A stretch of 64,000 nt of DNA, from positions 33,356,001 through 33,420,000 of the forward strand of contig CM114271.1 in the NCBI GenBank assembly GCA_050084515.1. The letters are read 5' to 3'. The stretch is from Blasia pusilla (Eukaryota). Below the pieces are notes generated by a model. That model saw only the letters and a list, made by a program, of their open reading frames with translations, was not told the DNA's origin and made no database searches. Both the position numbers and the translations under genes were made by a program. Below, piece after piece: positions 40,230 to 53,129 of this stretch (the stretch's first letter is position 1; the number at the start of each line of letters is the position of its first letter).

Positions 40230-40960
40230 AAACGTGCAACCCATTGCCCTCATTGGATGTGCAACCCGTCAGTCTCCGATGGGTTGCACATCCAATGCTT
40301 CCCTCGTCTTGGGGTAACAAGGGGAGGTACTTGGGCAACCCGTCGAAGACAGACGGGTTGCACGCTTCCCTCGGCTTGGGGTAACAAGGTGAGGTACCCA
40401 AGAAACCCATCAAGGACCGACGGGTTTCTTCCCTTGTCTTGGGATGAAAAAGCATGGTCCCCAAGCAACCCGTCGGTCTCCGACGGGTTGCAGCTTCCTT
40501 CGTCTTGGGGTAACAAGGTCTACCACGGGTTGCACAGTTCCCACCATATGGCAAAATTGAGGCACGGTCTCCAAAAAACTCGTCTGTCCCTCACGGTTTG
40601 CACGGTTTACTCGACAAGGGAAATTGACGCGAGATCCCCCTGCAACTCGTCGGGTTCCCAACGGGTTGCACGGTTACCTCCAAAAGGGAAAGCAAGGTGA
40701 GGTACCTTTTCAACCCGCTGCAATCTGACGGGTTGCCATAGGAAATCCATGCGAGGTCCTGTGGATCAAGATTCCGAAAGAATCAAACAGTTTCCTCAGG
40801 CAAGGGGTACCGATTGACAACTGCATTCAACCCAACGGACTCCGACGGGTTGCAAGTTGCACTCGGACTCTGACAGACGATGGTACTCCGTGGCTTTGCA
40901 ACCAATGTGCCTGAGTCCCCAAATTTGCAACCCGTCGGACTTCGACAGGTTGCAACAGGA
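40230..40960. repeat. Palindrome array between the two divergent genes (~61-bp units with a cttccctcgtcttggggtaacaagg linker)
   Basis: E.g. gcaacccgtcggtctccgacgggttgc at 40465-40491. Confidence 0.88.
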
Positions 40961-41077
40961 TTGAATCCATTGCGTCAAACAATCTCACCTACCAAACAAC
41001 ATCTTGTCAGTCAAATTCTGTGATGAGAATAACGGTCACTATTCACTATAAATTAAACATTCTCAATCTTATTCTCC

Positions 41078-41110
41078 TTCTTATTCTTATTCTTATTCTT
41101 ATTCTTATTC
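41078..41110. repeat. (TTCTTA)5 microsatellite
   Basis: Direct reading. Confidence 0.9.
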
Positions 41111-41394
41111 TGATTCTCCACCCGGTGGAATCATCTAGGAATGCAGAATTATGTGAAACTCACTTGTGGCAGTCATCTAGCGGCCCTTCCTCAATCAAAA
41201 ATAATTCGACCGCAAGCTCGTGAGTCTTACATACCAGTGGAGGAAAATTTCCTCTCACTGTGATTTCTTCTCCAAATTGGAACAATCTTTGTTTCCAAGG
41301 ATGTTAGGGTGGACGAGTACGGAGGCCGTTGTAGGAGAGATAGTCCAGCCAGTGATAACAGACTGTAAAGTATAGAATCTCCTACCTCACACAA

Positions 41395-44300
41395 ATGGTC
41401 AATATAGAGTATGGCTTGCCTCTAAAGCCCTTTGTTTCCCAAGTAGACAGTCCGAAATTTCCTACTGCATCGAGCTCTACGTTTGCCACTCCCAGCTATG
41501 TAGATCCGGCATCGACTCCAACTTCACGCGTTCGTAATAATGTTGTACTTCTTGAAGATATTCCGGATGTCGTCAACCTTAGTGGATCTGTCAGACACCA
41601 ACGGGGCCCTGCCCGTGCCTACTCGTTCCTCTTGCGAGTATCAGGCAATAGTTTGCTATCGTCTCTGCCCTTTAAAACGTTCAAGCACATTCTTGTCGAT
41701 GAGCTGCCGCCCACGTACGATGGTAATTGCATTTTTGAGTTCCCTCCACTTGCTGGTCAAAGTCAAAAGAAGATGAAGGACGCTTGAAGGGTATGGACAC
41801 AAAGTTTGATTGTCATCATGGTGCAGGCTTCAACGGACTATTGTTTCAATTCCAGATGGTCCTTGGATTGTTTCTCGCCGGCAATGCGATGGAGCCTTGG
41901 AGTGTAGAAGTCTAGGCTGCTCGTATCTAGAATACAATGGGCGAGTCAATATGTCGCAATTTCCCCCAAAGAATGCAAAAACTCCATATGAGGTTGGTGC
42001 GACCATACCGTCGGGAGGCCATCAATGTCCTCATTGTCAAGCATCCCCTTTCTGTGTTGGAGCGTGTTCAGAATACATATTTTTCATTGTGCAAGACTTC
42101 AATTCTACGGTCGAGTACACCAGGCTGGCAGTTCATGTTGGCTCCCACATTCATCCTGTTACCGGTGCAATTCAGAGACACATCAAGGAGGATGTGGCAA
42201 AGAAAGTAGCCGAGGTATACAGAAACTCTTCGAGATCAAAGCCCAGAGTGATCAAGTTAACAACAATATCACAAATTTGTGAACAACTGCTTAGAATCCC
42301 TGGGCAGGGCGAGATCACGACTATTGAGGAGAAACAACTACGGGAAAATCTTGCATTTCTCGCTCATCCTGAATGCTTCCGGAACTTGCTGCATCAACTA
42401 CGAGTACTTGATCGAAAGACGCTCGAAATGGATTTCATTTCCAGAATCAAGGCCAACTCCAGATTTCCATTTATTTAGAGATGGGAGTTCATGGGCCAAG
42501 GAGGCGAAGGATCCAAAGCTTATCTCTTCAAAATGTCAACTACAGGGCCGTCGAGTGGCCTCGATCTTAAAGATCGAATGAGGGAAGGGGAAGATCTCTG
42601 TGGCAGCTGGGTAAGCTTTGATGTTTGCTACAGAGTGCTGAATGGATGGTTGACCATGGGTGCTCATGTTTACGAAGGGACTCAAAACTATATTTTTCTT
42701 TGAGGTAAAAGGAAGACGTTGACAGTTTGAAGATGTGTTGGTTACTCTTATTGGAGGTGGTGAAGGAAAACAAAAGGCCATCTCCAGAAATTTATGGATT
42801 CATGGCGGACAATGCACAGCCTAGATGGATTGCTATTAGGGAAGTGTTCTAAGGTGGAGAGGTTCAACCTGAGAGGGAAAGGTCGGATGCTTTCCATTGA
42901 CAACAATCTATGACCAGGTACACCAAATCTTGCATCAAGGAGAATAAATGAACAGAGCATGCTACTCCAACACTGCAAGGACAGCAAAACCGTGAAACAT
43001 GCCATGGAGTGCCAAGAAGAACTTCATGGGTGATGGAGGAAACATGCGATTGAGGGGAAGTAAAAAGAGTTGTGCTCTTGGCTCAGTTGGTGGACTATAG
43101 GAATGAGACAATGGGGAAACTTCATGCAGCAGGTGAGTTCACTATTTCGTCCTTTCGAGCTCATGTTGAGAATTTTTTGAAAAGTTGCAGCTCAAGTTGA
43201 GAAGCGTGGGAACGATAGGGATTTCAAACCGCAGAAACCAAGCAACCCGTCGGATGTAACTCGTTGCCTGAGTGTGCAACCCATTGGAAACCGACAGGTT
43301 GCATCAAGAAAGTTTGTGCAACCCGTCAAAACTTGACTGGTTGCATGAGTGTCAGACCCGTCGGAGCCCGACATGATGCATGAGGAATATTTGTGCAACC
43401 TATAAGATCCCGACGGGTTGCAAGTTGCATGTATACAAGGTCTGCAAATAGTTCAACCCTGATAGGTTGCTGGCCGCAAGGCTACAAGTTAACCATGTCT
43501 GCAACCCGTCGGATTGTGACAAGTTGCGTCTGTCTGCAACTCGTCGGATTCCGACTTGTTACGTCTGTCTCTGACTCCTCCCATTCAGACCGGTTGCGGA
43601 TGTCTCCAACTCCTAGCATCCTGACACGTTGCATCAGTGCAAGTTAACTAGAACCCGTCGAATTTTGATAGGTTGCAGATCTTCTTGTGTGGAGACTTCT
43701 TGCAAGCCAACATAATTCGAAAGGTTGCACAAGGATTTTCGAGACCAGACCGGCCTGCTTCTCATAACCTGTCCGATTCCGACGGGTTGCAGTAGGAGGT
43801 TCCTAGGTGTTGGGTTGCAGTAAGAGGTTCTAGGGACATTCTAGGGATGCCTCCGACTTGCAACATATTTCAAGTCGGAGGCTGGAAAATCCATGTGCAA
43901 CCCGTCGAATTCCGATGACTTGCACTTGGATCTTCCATCGCGGAGTGGCGAAAGTTACTTGCAACCCGTCTGAATCCGACAGGTTGCAGTAGGTGGTTAC
44001 TGGGTATTGCAACACGTTGGAAATCGATGGGTTGCATAGTCATTCCTGGGATGCCTCCGACTTGCAACCCGTCGGGTTCCGAAAGGTTGCTTTCTTCTTC
44101 GCTTATAGAGTTATTTTCTTTCCCTTCTCACATTTCCATTGTTGTAGGGATTGAACATTCATGAAAATGCCCTCTGCCCCAGCACAAGTGGAGCAGAGAG
44201 TGTTCATTCCTCATGGAGGTTGTCACAAGCATGCCAAAGAATTTCACTTGTGGAGGCATGCCAACAAGATCAGACAAGGGCAATGCTACAGTCCGCAGCA

Positions 44301-45648
44301 TCCCATATCTTCCTCACAAAAGGCATAACTAAAGGAAAGGGACCTTCGATTTACAAGCTCTATATCAAGGCGGCTATGAGATCTGATGATGAGAAACTCT
44401 ATGTGGAAGCCTTCAATCGGTGTGTAGGAGGAACTCCCCTTGAGCAAGATGTCCACATTAGTGGGGATATTCGTGGGCGTATTTCAAGATGTCCCATACA
44501 GATGGTGGTAGAGCAGTCCGAGCGAGACTCGTGGAGACAGATAAGTATTTTGACTTCAGGCAAGTGAAGAGGCAGCATCGAGGAACCCAGTGATTGATTT
44601 GGATGAATAAGTTACGCCGCCCAGGTATTCGCAGACCCCGAATTGCTCCCAAATTTGAGTAGAATTAACTTCTCCAAAATCAATGAATTTTTTATTTCAA
44701 AATCCCTCCGTTGATGGAAGTTCACAACATCCGATCTTTGGGGTAGTTCAACAATATGGGATTCCGTTCATTGAGGTGGATTGCAACCTCAAAAAGTGGC
44801 ATATATCTCGAAGCAACCTTGGGCGTGGACCCACTTGCAAGGCAAGATCTGATGGCATTAGGAGAGCATGTGACACTTTCCAAAATAAGAACTGTACAAG
44901 GACTGAACGACCACTGCCTGGCTTTTGGGGCTCAAAACCTTTGATCGTTTCACTAGGACCGGGGATCAATTGAAGTACTTCTTCTACCCAAATGAATCCT
45001 GCACTTTCCAAATGTCTTCTCCGGTTTCCATTGGAGCTTCAGGGAATACCCCCACGATTTGGCCCATTGTTGCAAGTACGAATTTCACTCACGATGAAGT
45101 GGAAAATCTTACAAGTGTCGATTTCAGACTCGTAGACGGAGGCAATTCAGAGCATATTCGCATTATAGAGACCTTTGCATTTCGGATTCAACCCAACCCA
45201 AGATTGATGTCAACATGTACCTAGAGAGGGTGGATGATCTCAATCCACTATTTCTGTTTGAGTCTAGAAATGGGGTGAAGAGAAATAGAATGTGTAGGCC
45301 AATGATGGAGAGAGCAAAGCGAGTTGCATCAGCTTGGGAGGCAAACATGGAAATCATTGCCACAAAAGACGTTCAGAGTGGCAATGGAATAGGAAGGATG
45401 TATTGGGTCAAGAACAACATTATAAATTCAAGTGTCATAGGGGTGTATGTGGATGTATCTGTTGCTTTCCCACATGTTCCTATGATGACTTTGTCCAAAG
45501 AGAGACAAGTGGGAAAAGGTATTTCCCTTGTAAGCACATGTACTATGTGTTGCTTGTAGTTTTAAGAGAGTCGGAGGTAGGAGTAGGAATCCACCAACCA
45601 ATTCTGTCCCTCAAAGAAGTGCAAAGTATTTTAAACAACCCGCTTTGA
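41395..45648 (+). pseudogene. MULE-type DDE transposase with an N-terminal GCM-like Cys/His domain and a C-terminal SWIM finger; intron 43133-44147; decayed
   Basis: C.G.L.C....C...CPHC...C...C...HVGSHIHP; SWVSFD (D 42620), FMADNA (D 42808), WLSWW..QWGNFM, PSTSGAESVHSSW (E 44196); CS(Y/C)DDF...CKHMYYV. The GT-AG intron preserves the frame. Confidence 0.8.
43240..44090. repeat. Palindrome array inside the transposase intron
   Basis: More than ten copies, e.g. tgcaacccgtcgggttccgaaaggttgc at ~44063-44090. Confidence 0.88.
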
Positions 45649-48289
45649 GGATGCAAAATGAGATCTTAGATTATACTTTGATTTGCCATAACCTTCACTT
45701 TGAGCTTGAACTCTATTTAGCCAAGGGATAATGATAGATTGTTTCTAGACCTAGGATGGAAAAAGTGATTTGTTCCACATTTATGATTCCAATCATTTTT
45801 CAGTTTTTTAAATTTTGTGCAAGTTGCAACCCGTTGGATTCAGACAGGTTGCCAAATTGTGGAAGAGGAAAAAAAATATATGGGAGTGCCTAAACACTGA
45901 GAAAAAAAGTGCAAAAAAATTCACACAAAAGTTTCCTCTCTTCAACCCAACGGAAACTCTCTTCAAATCACAGGAAACTCTCTTAAAAAAAAGTATCTCT
46001 TTGGGTTGAAGGTAGTTTCCTCTCTCCTCTCTTCCTCTCCTCTTACCGCACGTCCTCATTCAGATATGATTCTGAGGTTTTTATTACTGGAGTGTCGTCT
46101 GGACTTACCTTCATGAATGTATTCATAGAGGAATATTTTGAATTGAGTCATGCATTGCTGATGAAATTCAGAAACATGTTATTTCTAACCTTTGGAGCCT
46201 ACTTCATGCTACTCAAATCATATCTAAAGCAATGAAAGTTATTGGACCTCATCTGTAGTTTGACCTATGAGTTAAGTCCTTTATTGGCATCAATACTCAG
46301 CACACCATTGTGAACGAAAACAACCAATCTGATTGCCACCTAGTTCTTTCACTCCGGTTTTTAAATTTTGCCCATGTTTATGGATTTTTCAATAATCTAT
46401 TTTACAAAGCTTGTTCATGCGTGCTAAATGCCAAGACCTATAATTGTGCATAGTTTTCTGAAATCCGATCTTCATTTTCATAAGTAAAGACTCCATCAGA
46501 CTTCTTAGTTTTATATAAGTGTTCACCCTTTTCTTTTCGCAAGTATATAAATTGTGTGTCTTGGCATCTTTGCTGTTTGTCAGCTGTATTATACAAAGTA
46601 GTTCACCAGTGAACAATTTGTATTGAATTTAGATCAAAATTTGTAGCCCTTGTACCAACACTTTTTTGAGCTGAGGAGCTACCAATGCATAGGTTGATTG
46701 CATATTACTTCCCATTTTTTTTGCAATGTTTGTTTTGTAGGAAGAAACTTCAGCAAAAGGACAAACAAGTAACTACCATACTCTTATTTCACACAGTAAT
46801 GCAGCTCTCGACAAGCGTAAAAAATGACCACGATAATTTAGCACATAAGAGAAGCTATCAAGCGTGGGTGACCCTTTATATTGCAACGATACTGTTCCAA
46901 TAAAGTTATTTGATGTTGCACTAAACAAAATAGGGTTTATCTAAGATCGGCTAGATAAACATGAATATCTGAATGATATTTTACGAATTGTTCCGTAGTT
47001 GAAGATGACGACTACAATGTGGAGAAAATTCTTGATCTGTAGGGCCAAGTCAAGTTAATTCACAAAAAGCTAGTCAATCTTGAGAAACATTGCTTAGGCA
47101 AGTATTGCAATGACTCTAAGCTGCAAAACTTCATTTCATAGCTCCAAGGCTTGTCGGCACGCAAGAAGCCTGCACTTGTGTAAAATGGTAGTTTCGCCAC
47201 TATTGCTCATGCTAGCTGAAGTAGCATTTTCAGAGATTTAAGCTTATGTTAATAGTGAGCTTCAAATGTTCATTTCATGAATTTATGAGTACCTGTTGTT
47301 ACATAACAACAGCCGCCGTATTTTGGAATTTCTTACCTATGGCAGCAAGCTACTTCTCTTACCTCTTATGGGTTTTCTATGTGGTTGCATAGCACTACAT
47401 TAACTTCCAAGTTCTGTTTTGTGTTGTATTGCCAATGTAAGATTGAGACCTACCTTCGTCACTTCTTTAATCATGAGTGTTGGCTTGTTTGAGTTACTTC
47501 TAAAGTTTGCATCATTCCCAATTAAAATGGATGTCTTTACTTTTAAGGTAACAATGTCGCCTCATCTAAGCGGTGGTATTGGTTCACACACTTTTCAGTC
47601 ATGCGCTCACCGATCACAAATGCAGGCTTTGTCCTATGTCACTAATTTTTTTATGGTCTCATTTCATACCAAGAATTTCCATCCCACTATAAATAATTTG
47701 TACTTCACGTTCATTTCCAAAACTCAAGCTACTGTATCTCTTAGTATGTCCAACCTTTTTTCATTAATATAAACTTATTGCTGAGAAAATCTACATCACA
47801 CCAACCTACACCAACTCATACACTGCCACATGTTTAACTTTGCATAACAACTCTTACTTATTTATAAATTCCCAAAGTAAGGCTTGCACATAGATGGACC
47901 ATGCATATGCTTTATGGATGCCTCAAAGCAATACAAATGGTTGATACTTGATTTTTCACATAAGCGGTAACCCTACTTCTGTTATCATACTTCCAGTTTG
48001 CCTTCACTATCTACTAATGGGGAATGCTGATCTTTTATAGCTGGAAGTCTTGCTACACCTTCTTGTAAGAGCCTGCAAAGTCTCACTAACATTTTCCCCA
48101 AGCCAAGCTTGTAACACAATCTGCCAAATAATTATCTCAGTCAATCTACCTGTTAAGTTGCACAGCCAGACAGCCAGCCAGCCAGCCTGTGGGGCCATGC
48201 GCACCTCTCCTCACTCATTGTACCATGACTCCCTGCGGTTATAACTTCGCTTCCTTCGCCACCTTTTCCCCCACGTAATAGCTCCACAC

Positions 48290-48620
48290 CCGGTTCTCGT
48301 AAACTTTTCGCGGTTTTGTGCTTTATTTGCTCCCACATTATAAAGCAAGCTTGTTGATGGATTGGTGGTAAGCCATAACCCCACTCTTGTAGCCACACAT
48401 GAAAGCGTGCAAACAAGTTCAATGAGCGTAGCCATAATTCCCTATAATCCCGTAATCGACTAATCTACTAAAGCAATGGAAGAGATCGTTATAGAAATTA
48501 TTGTCCAATTCTGCTTAGGCTGGGATAACATAAAAATAGTCGGTTTCATTTGGCCGGGAAAGAATTGATGGCATGGGGGCCCGATCCACATGGGACGGGG
48601 TTATGACATAGGTGAATTGG
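48290..48620 (-). mobile_element. Second fragment of the CRE-like LINE
   Basis: ggattggtggtaagccata...gtagccataattc...gactaatctactaaa...atggaagag matches 23893-24020. Confidence 0.6.
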
Positions 48621-48758
48621 ATACCCGTGAATGTTATTCGATAATCAAATACTGTATTAGATTTCAACTCGTCCCATTTATTGGTTGATTTGAGTTCATA
48701 ATAATAATTAGGTACTATGTCATACTATTGTCGTACTATGAAATGATTGGACGTGAAA

Positions 48759-48832
48759 CCGGCGTCGTGGCGTCGTGAGTCCGGCGTCGTTCTCCCCCCT
48801 CTCCGGCGTCGTGGCGTCGTGAATCCGGCGTC
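48759..48832. repeat. CpG-rich direct repeat (ccggcgtcgtggcgtcgtgaNtccggcgtcg x2) upstream of UGD
   Basis: Two ~31-bp copies about 400 bp upstream of the ATG. Confidence 0.7.
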
Positions 48833-49232
48833 GCCCTACCCCCTCGTTATGAACGACATCACGCTCTGTCGCAGGGGACCAGTTGCTGTTCCAGAGAAGT
48901 ATAACACCCACCGCACTTTGCTGTGTTGGCAGTGAAAGCAGCGCATCTTCGAAGAACCGTGTGCAGTGAGAGTGCAGAGGAGCCCTCTCTTCCGCAGTGA
49001 ATGTGCAAGAGGAGCCTCTCTTCCCTATTTACCCCTCGGAGCAGCACGGAGTGCCTCAAGTTGTCCGCCTGTTGAAGCAAAGAGATCATAGGGTCTTGGA
49101 GAAAGATCGATCTGTGAGAAATTCGTGTCGTTTCGGGGAGTGTGGGAGGAGACGGTCGGGAGTCCGTAGGGTTGCGGAGCGAGGTCGATTTGTGAGGAAT
49201 TTGCGTTTGTCCGTGCTCGGGTCAGTTCCAAG

Positions 49233-50677
49233 ATGGTGAAGATATGTTGCATTGGTGCCGGATACGTCGGAGGGCCGACCATGGCCATGATCGCATTGAA
49301 ATGCCCAGACATTCAAGTGTATGTGGTGGACATTTCCAAACCCAGGATCGCGGCGTGGAACAGCGATGAGCTGCCGATCTACGAGCCCGGTCTGGATGAT
49401 GTGGTGAAGGCTTGCAGAGGCAAGAATTTATTCTTCAGCACCGAAGTAGAGAAGTACGTGGACGAGTGCGACATCGTGTTCGTGTCTGTGAACACCCCCA
49501 CCAAGACTACCGGTCTGGGAGCTGGCAAGGCCGCGGATCTCACCTACTGGGAATCCGCAGCCCGAATGATCGCCGATGTATCGAAGACGGACAAGATTGT
49601 GGTGGAGAAATCCACCGTGCCCGTGAAGACGGCCGAGGCAATTGAGAAGATTTTGACCCACAACAACAGGGGATCAACTTCCAGATCCTGTCCAACCCCG
49701 AGTTTCTGGCCGAGGGTACCGCCATCGAAGATCTGCAGAAGCCCGACCGTGTCTTGATCGGAGGCCGGGAGACCCCCGAAGGTCAGAAGGCAGTGGAGGC
49801 CCTCAAGGCCGTGTACGCACACTGGGTCCCGGAGGAGAACATTCTGACCACCAACCTGTGGTCGGCCGAGCTCTCCAAGCTCGCAGCCAATGCCTTTTTG
49901 GCGCAGAGGATCTCGTCGATCAACGCCATGTCGGCGTTGTGCGAGGCCACCGGGGCCGACGTTTCGGAAGTCGCTTACGCCATCGGCAAGGACTCGAGGA
50001 TTGGACCCCGGTTCCTGAACGCCAGTGTGGGATTCGGGGGTTCTTGTTTCCAGAAGGATATCTTGAACTTGGTGTACATCTGTGAGTGCAACGGGCTCAC
50101 GGAGGTCGCCAATTACTGGAAGCAGGTGGTTTCTATCAATGACTACCAGAAGAGCCGCTTCGTGAGGAGGGTGGTGTCGTCCATGTTCAACACCGTGTCA
50201 GGGAAGAAGATCGCCATTCTCGGATTCGCGTTTAAGAAGGACACCGGTGACACCAGGGAGACCCCCGCTATCGATGTGTGCCACGGGCTTCTCGGAGACA
50301 AGGCTCTGCTGAGCATCTACGACCCGCAGGTGACAGAGGAGCAGATCAAGCGCGACCTTTCCATGAACAAATTCGACTGGGACCATCCCCAGCACCTGCA
50401 GCCCCAGAGTCCCACCAGCCTCATCAAGCAAGTGAGCGTCGTGTGGGATGCGTACGAAGCCACTAAGGGCGCGCACGGCATCTGTGTCATAACCGAGTGG
50501 GACGAGTTCAAGAAGCTGGATTTCCAGAAGATCTACGACGGCATGCAAAAGCCCGCTTTCATCTTCGATGGCCGCAATGTGCTCGACATCGAGGCTCTTC
50601 GCAAGATTGGCTTTATCGTGTACTCGATCGGCAAGCCTTTGGACCCATGGGTGAAGGATCTACCCGCATCCGCTTAA
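49233..50677 (+). CDS. UGD: UDP-glucose 6-dehydrogenase, intronless, with a 1-nt frameshift at ~49669-49672
   Basis: [43 protein letters not shown] (shifted frame), [38 protein letters not shown]. Adding 1 nt gives 481 aa. Confidence 0.95.
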
Positions 50678-53091
50678 GCACATCGTCAATGACCATCAAG
50701 ACGGATCATGAAATCTTGTATAGATGGGAAGTTCCGAGAGATTTTGTTCCTCTGCTTGACTCAACGATGTCGGAATTTGGGATGGACTCCAATTTCCAAA
50801 GGAAGTAGTCACCCACATTTAACTGTTCTTCCTCAATTGCAGACATTGGATCCCGTGCAGTGACGGTGTGGGAGTTTGATGACGGTCCTTCTCCCTCACC
50901 CGCATCCACCTTTTTCTGTCCGACCATTGTGGAGGCGATTCAGAAAGACGTCAGTGGATTTCTGATAGTCTCCCTTCAGTAGACTAGATTGTAGGCGGAG
51001 GCTGAAATCGAGTAGTAGAGTAGGATTACTTCTCTTAGATATCAACAGAGAAGCATTCAGATAATTACTTAGCGAGTCGAGAACATTTTCTCCAACATCT
51101 TAGTAGAGTCTGTAGCACATGAGCCTGGAGCACATTCACAGGGTATTTAATGGTTCCTGCTTTGAAACGCCTTTGCTGGCTGACACCTAGAAAGTGGACA
51201 GAAGCATTCGACACACGGATAGGTGCAGTTTTCAAAGATCCCTCCCGGTTGAACTTGTATTCTTTGCAAGAACTGGCAGTCTTAGTTCTTGTGTAGGACC
51301 ATGACTCAGTCTTGGATCTGGAATCAAATGCACTTTTGCATATTCAGTCGCACAAATGCCTGTCATTCGGTTCGTTTCATTGACATCGTGTGATTCCTGG
51401 TATTCTCGCTTGATCCTCCACACTCGATCGCACATTTCTGTCACTTATACCAGTCTTTCGACGACAGGAAACTCTTTTGATCGTTGCAACGATGATGTCT
51501 AGGGTTCCTTCAATTCGGGCACCGAGTCCATCTGCTTTGAGCCGTTCTTGGAGTCCCCATGTATCTTAATGGAGTCTACCTTTCACGCCTTCTCCTGTCA
51601 TGGCTTCCTGAGAATGGCGTGGTTGACCGTTTCCTATGTTCCTCTGGTTGACTGCTTTCTTTTCGGTCTCCAGTCTGCCGGTCCGTGACCTGACCTCGAG
51701 CCTGGTCGCACTTTCGACTTTTCTGCATTTGGGTTCCTACTCGCTCTGCGGCTCGCTTGCCTGTTCCTTGCGGCCCCGACCCACCTTTCCACCGCCGACG
51801 TGTCTCGCCGGAGTAGGGCACCCGATCAGGGAGGACTTCCGTACCTAGGCATTCGTTCGTTCAACGTCGTTGTCTTGACTGCGCGGGACCTATTTCCTTT
51901 ATTCCTCCAAAAGAACAACGGGTCTCTATAGTTTTGCAGCGCCCCAGCAAATGTTATAGGCCCATTTAATAGTAGTCATAATTCTTTAAATATTATTTCT
52001 GATGTGGGTGATTTTGGTCGTTAAGAGGAAGGCCCTTTCTTGAGGTCTATGCCCCCTCTTTTGTATCCTGATGGGTTTCCCGTCCTTTTTATACATACAA
52101 GAGAACAAACAAAGAACAATGAGCGGAAGCGAGGTAGCTACTCGTCTTCCCACGGTTCGTAGCGTCACCGATTCTTTCTCCGAGATTCTGAATGAGGAAC
52201 ACGGGAGCCCGTCGCCCGATGCTTGCGTTGATGTCATGCCGAATATGATGTTGTCAAATTCCGCGCTTTCGTTCGCGTGGGGCGCCGTGAGTCCGTGACC
52301 ATATTTTAGCGAATCCTCGCGGTTCGGGTGAATGCGGTGTGCACTGTGCTCGCAGGGCTGGTCGGTGTGCCATTCCAGCGGGATCCAGCCCTGCCTACGT
52401 GCACTGGAGCAAGCATACCAATACAAGCTGGAGTCTGGAGGGACCTCCGGAATCCGGTCCAGTGAGTTTCGGGCTCCAGCCTCCAAGCAGGACGGGCCTC
52501 GGGAACCGGGGACGAAATCTCCTTTGTTGACTTATTCTGTTTGGAGGTAGCGAGTTCAGCGAGTGCCAGACACTCCTGGATTCCGAGATCGCTCTCTTCC
52601 AAAGATCGAGTGAAGCGAATCCCAGATCCAAGGAGCGCTTCTTACTCTTCCAGAGATCGAGCCACCGTCTCTGACCACGAACATCGAACTACCGACCACG
52701 ACCCCCGACCGTGAGAGGAACGTCGAATCCACCCCCCGACCTTTTCTATTAAAAGTGATATCGAATCATCGCTTACTACCCCATTCCATAACGGTAAACC
52801 ATAATTCTTTTTTTTCTTTTCGTTAAGACATGTAAAATTCGTTTCAATTGTCATTTTCATAAGTTTCATGTCCGGTGTAACGTAGTTTCAACCGCCATGT
52901 AACTCCACGTTAGGTATGTCCTTTGTAATCTACTTTCCCATTATTGTTTGCGTCCTCAATTGCTAATCTTCTATATACTAATTGGAGGTTGAAGCTGCTC
53001 CTATGTGTGACATAGGACATTAAATTTCTCTCAAAAATAGTTTTGTCATTTTGACGGGGTCTTAAAATTGGCAAAGAGAGCGAAGTTATTG

Positions 53092-53129
53092 ATCACTAGT
53101 TAGGTCCCTTGCGGGTCCTAACTAGTGAT
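53092..53129. repeat. Short hairpin ending in CTAG (possible Helitron-type terminus)
   Basis: atcactagttagg-tcccttgcgggt-cctaactagtgat. Confidence 0.4.

Larger units (their letters stand above)
28640..46060. mobile_element. Mutator-like (MULE) DNA transposon with divergent transposase (+) and ParB-like/amino-MTase (-) genes; boundaries approximate
   Basis: Both genes share the same palindromic repeat in introns and flanks; repeats extend from ~28640 to ~45855. No TIR/TSD pair was identified. Confidence 0.7.

Noticed and set aside
36979-40700. Long + strand ORFs (36979-37578, 39308-39913, 40176-40700)
   Set aside because: They are antisense shadows of the - strand gene or translations of repeat arrays, with no independent motifs.
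49669-49672. Programmed frameshifting or a tiny intron in UGD
   Set aside because: There is no slippery heptamer or splice signal, and a 1-nt loss at a G run is the simpler explanation.
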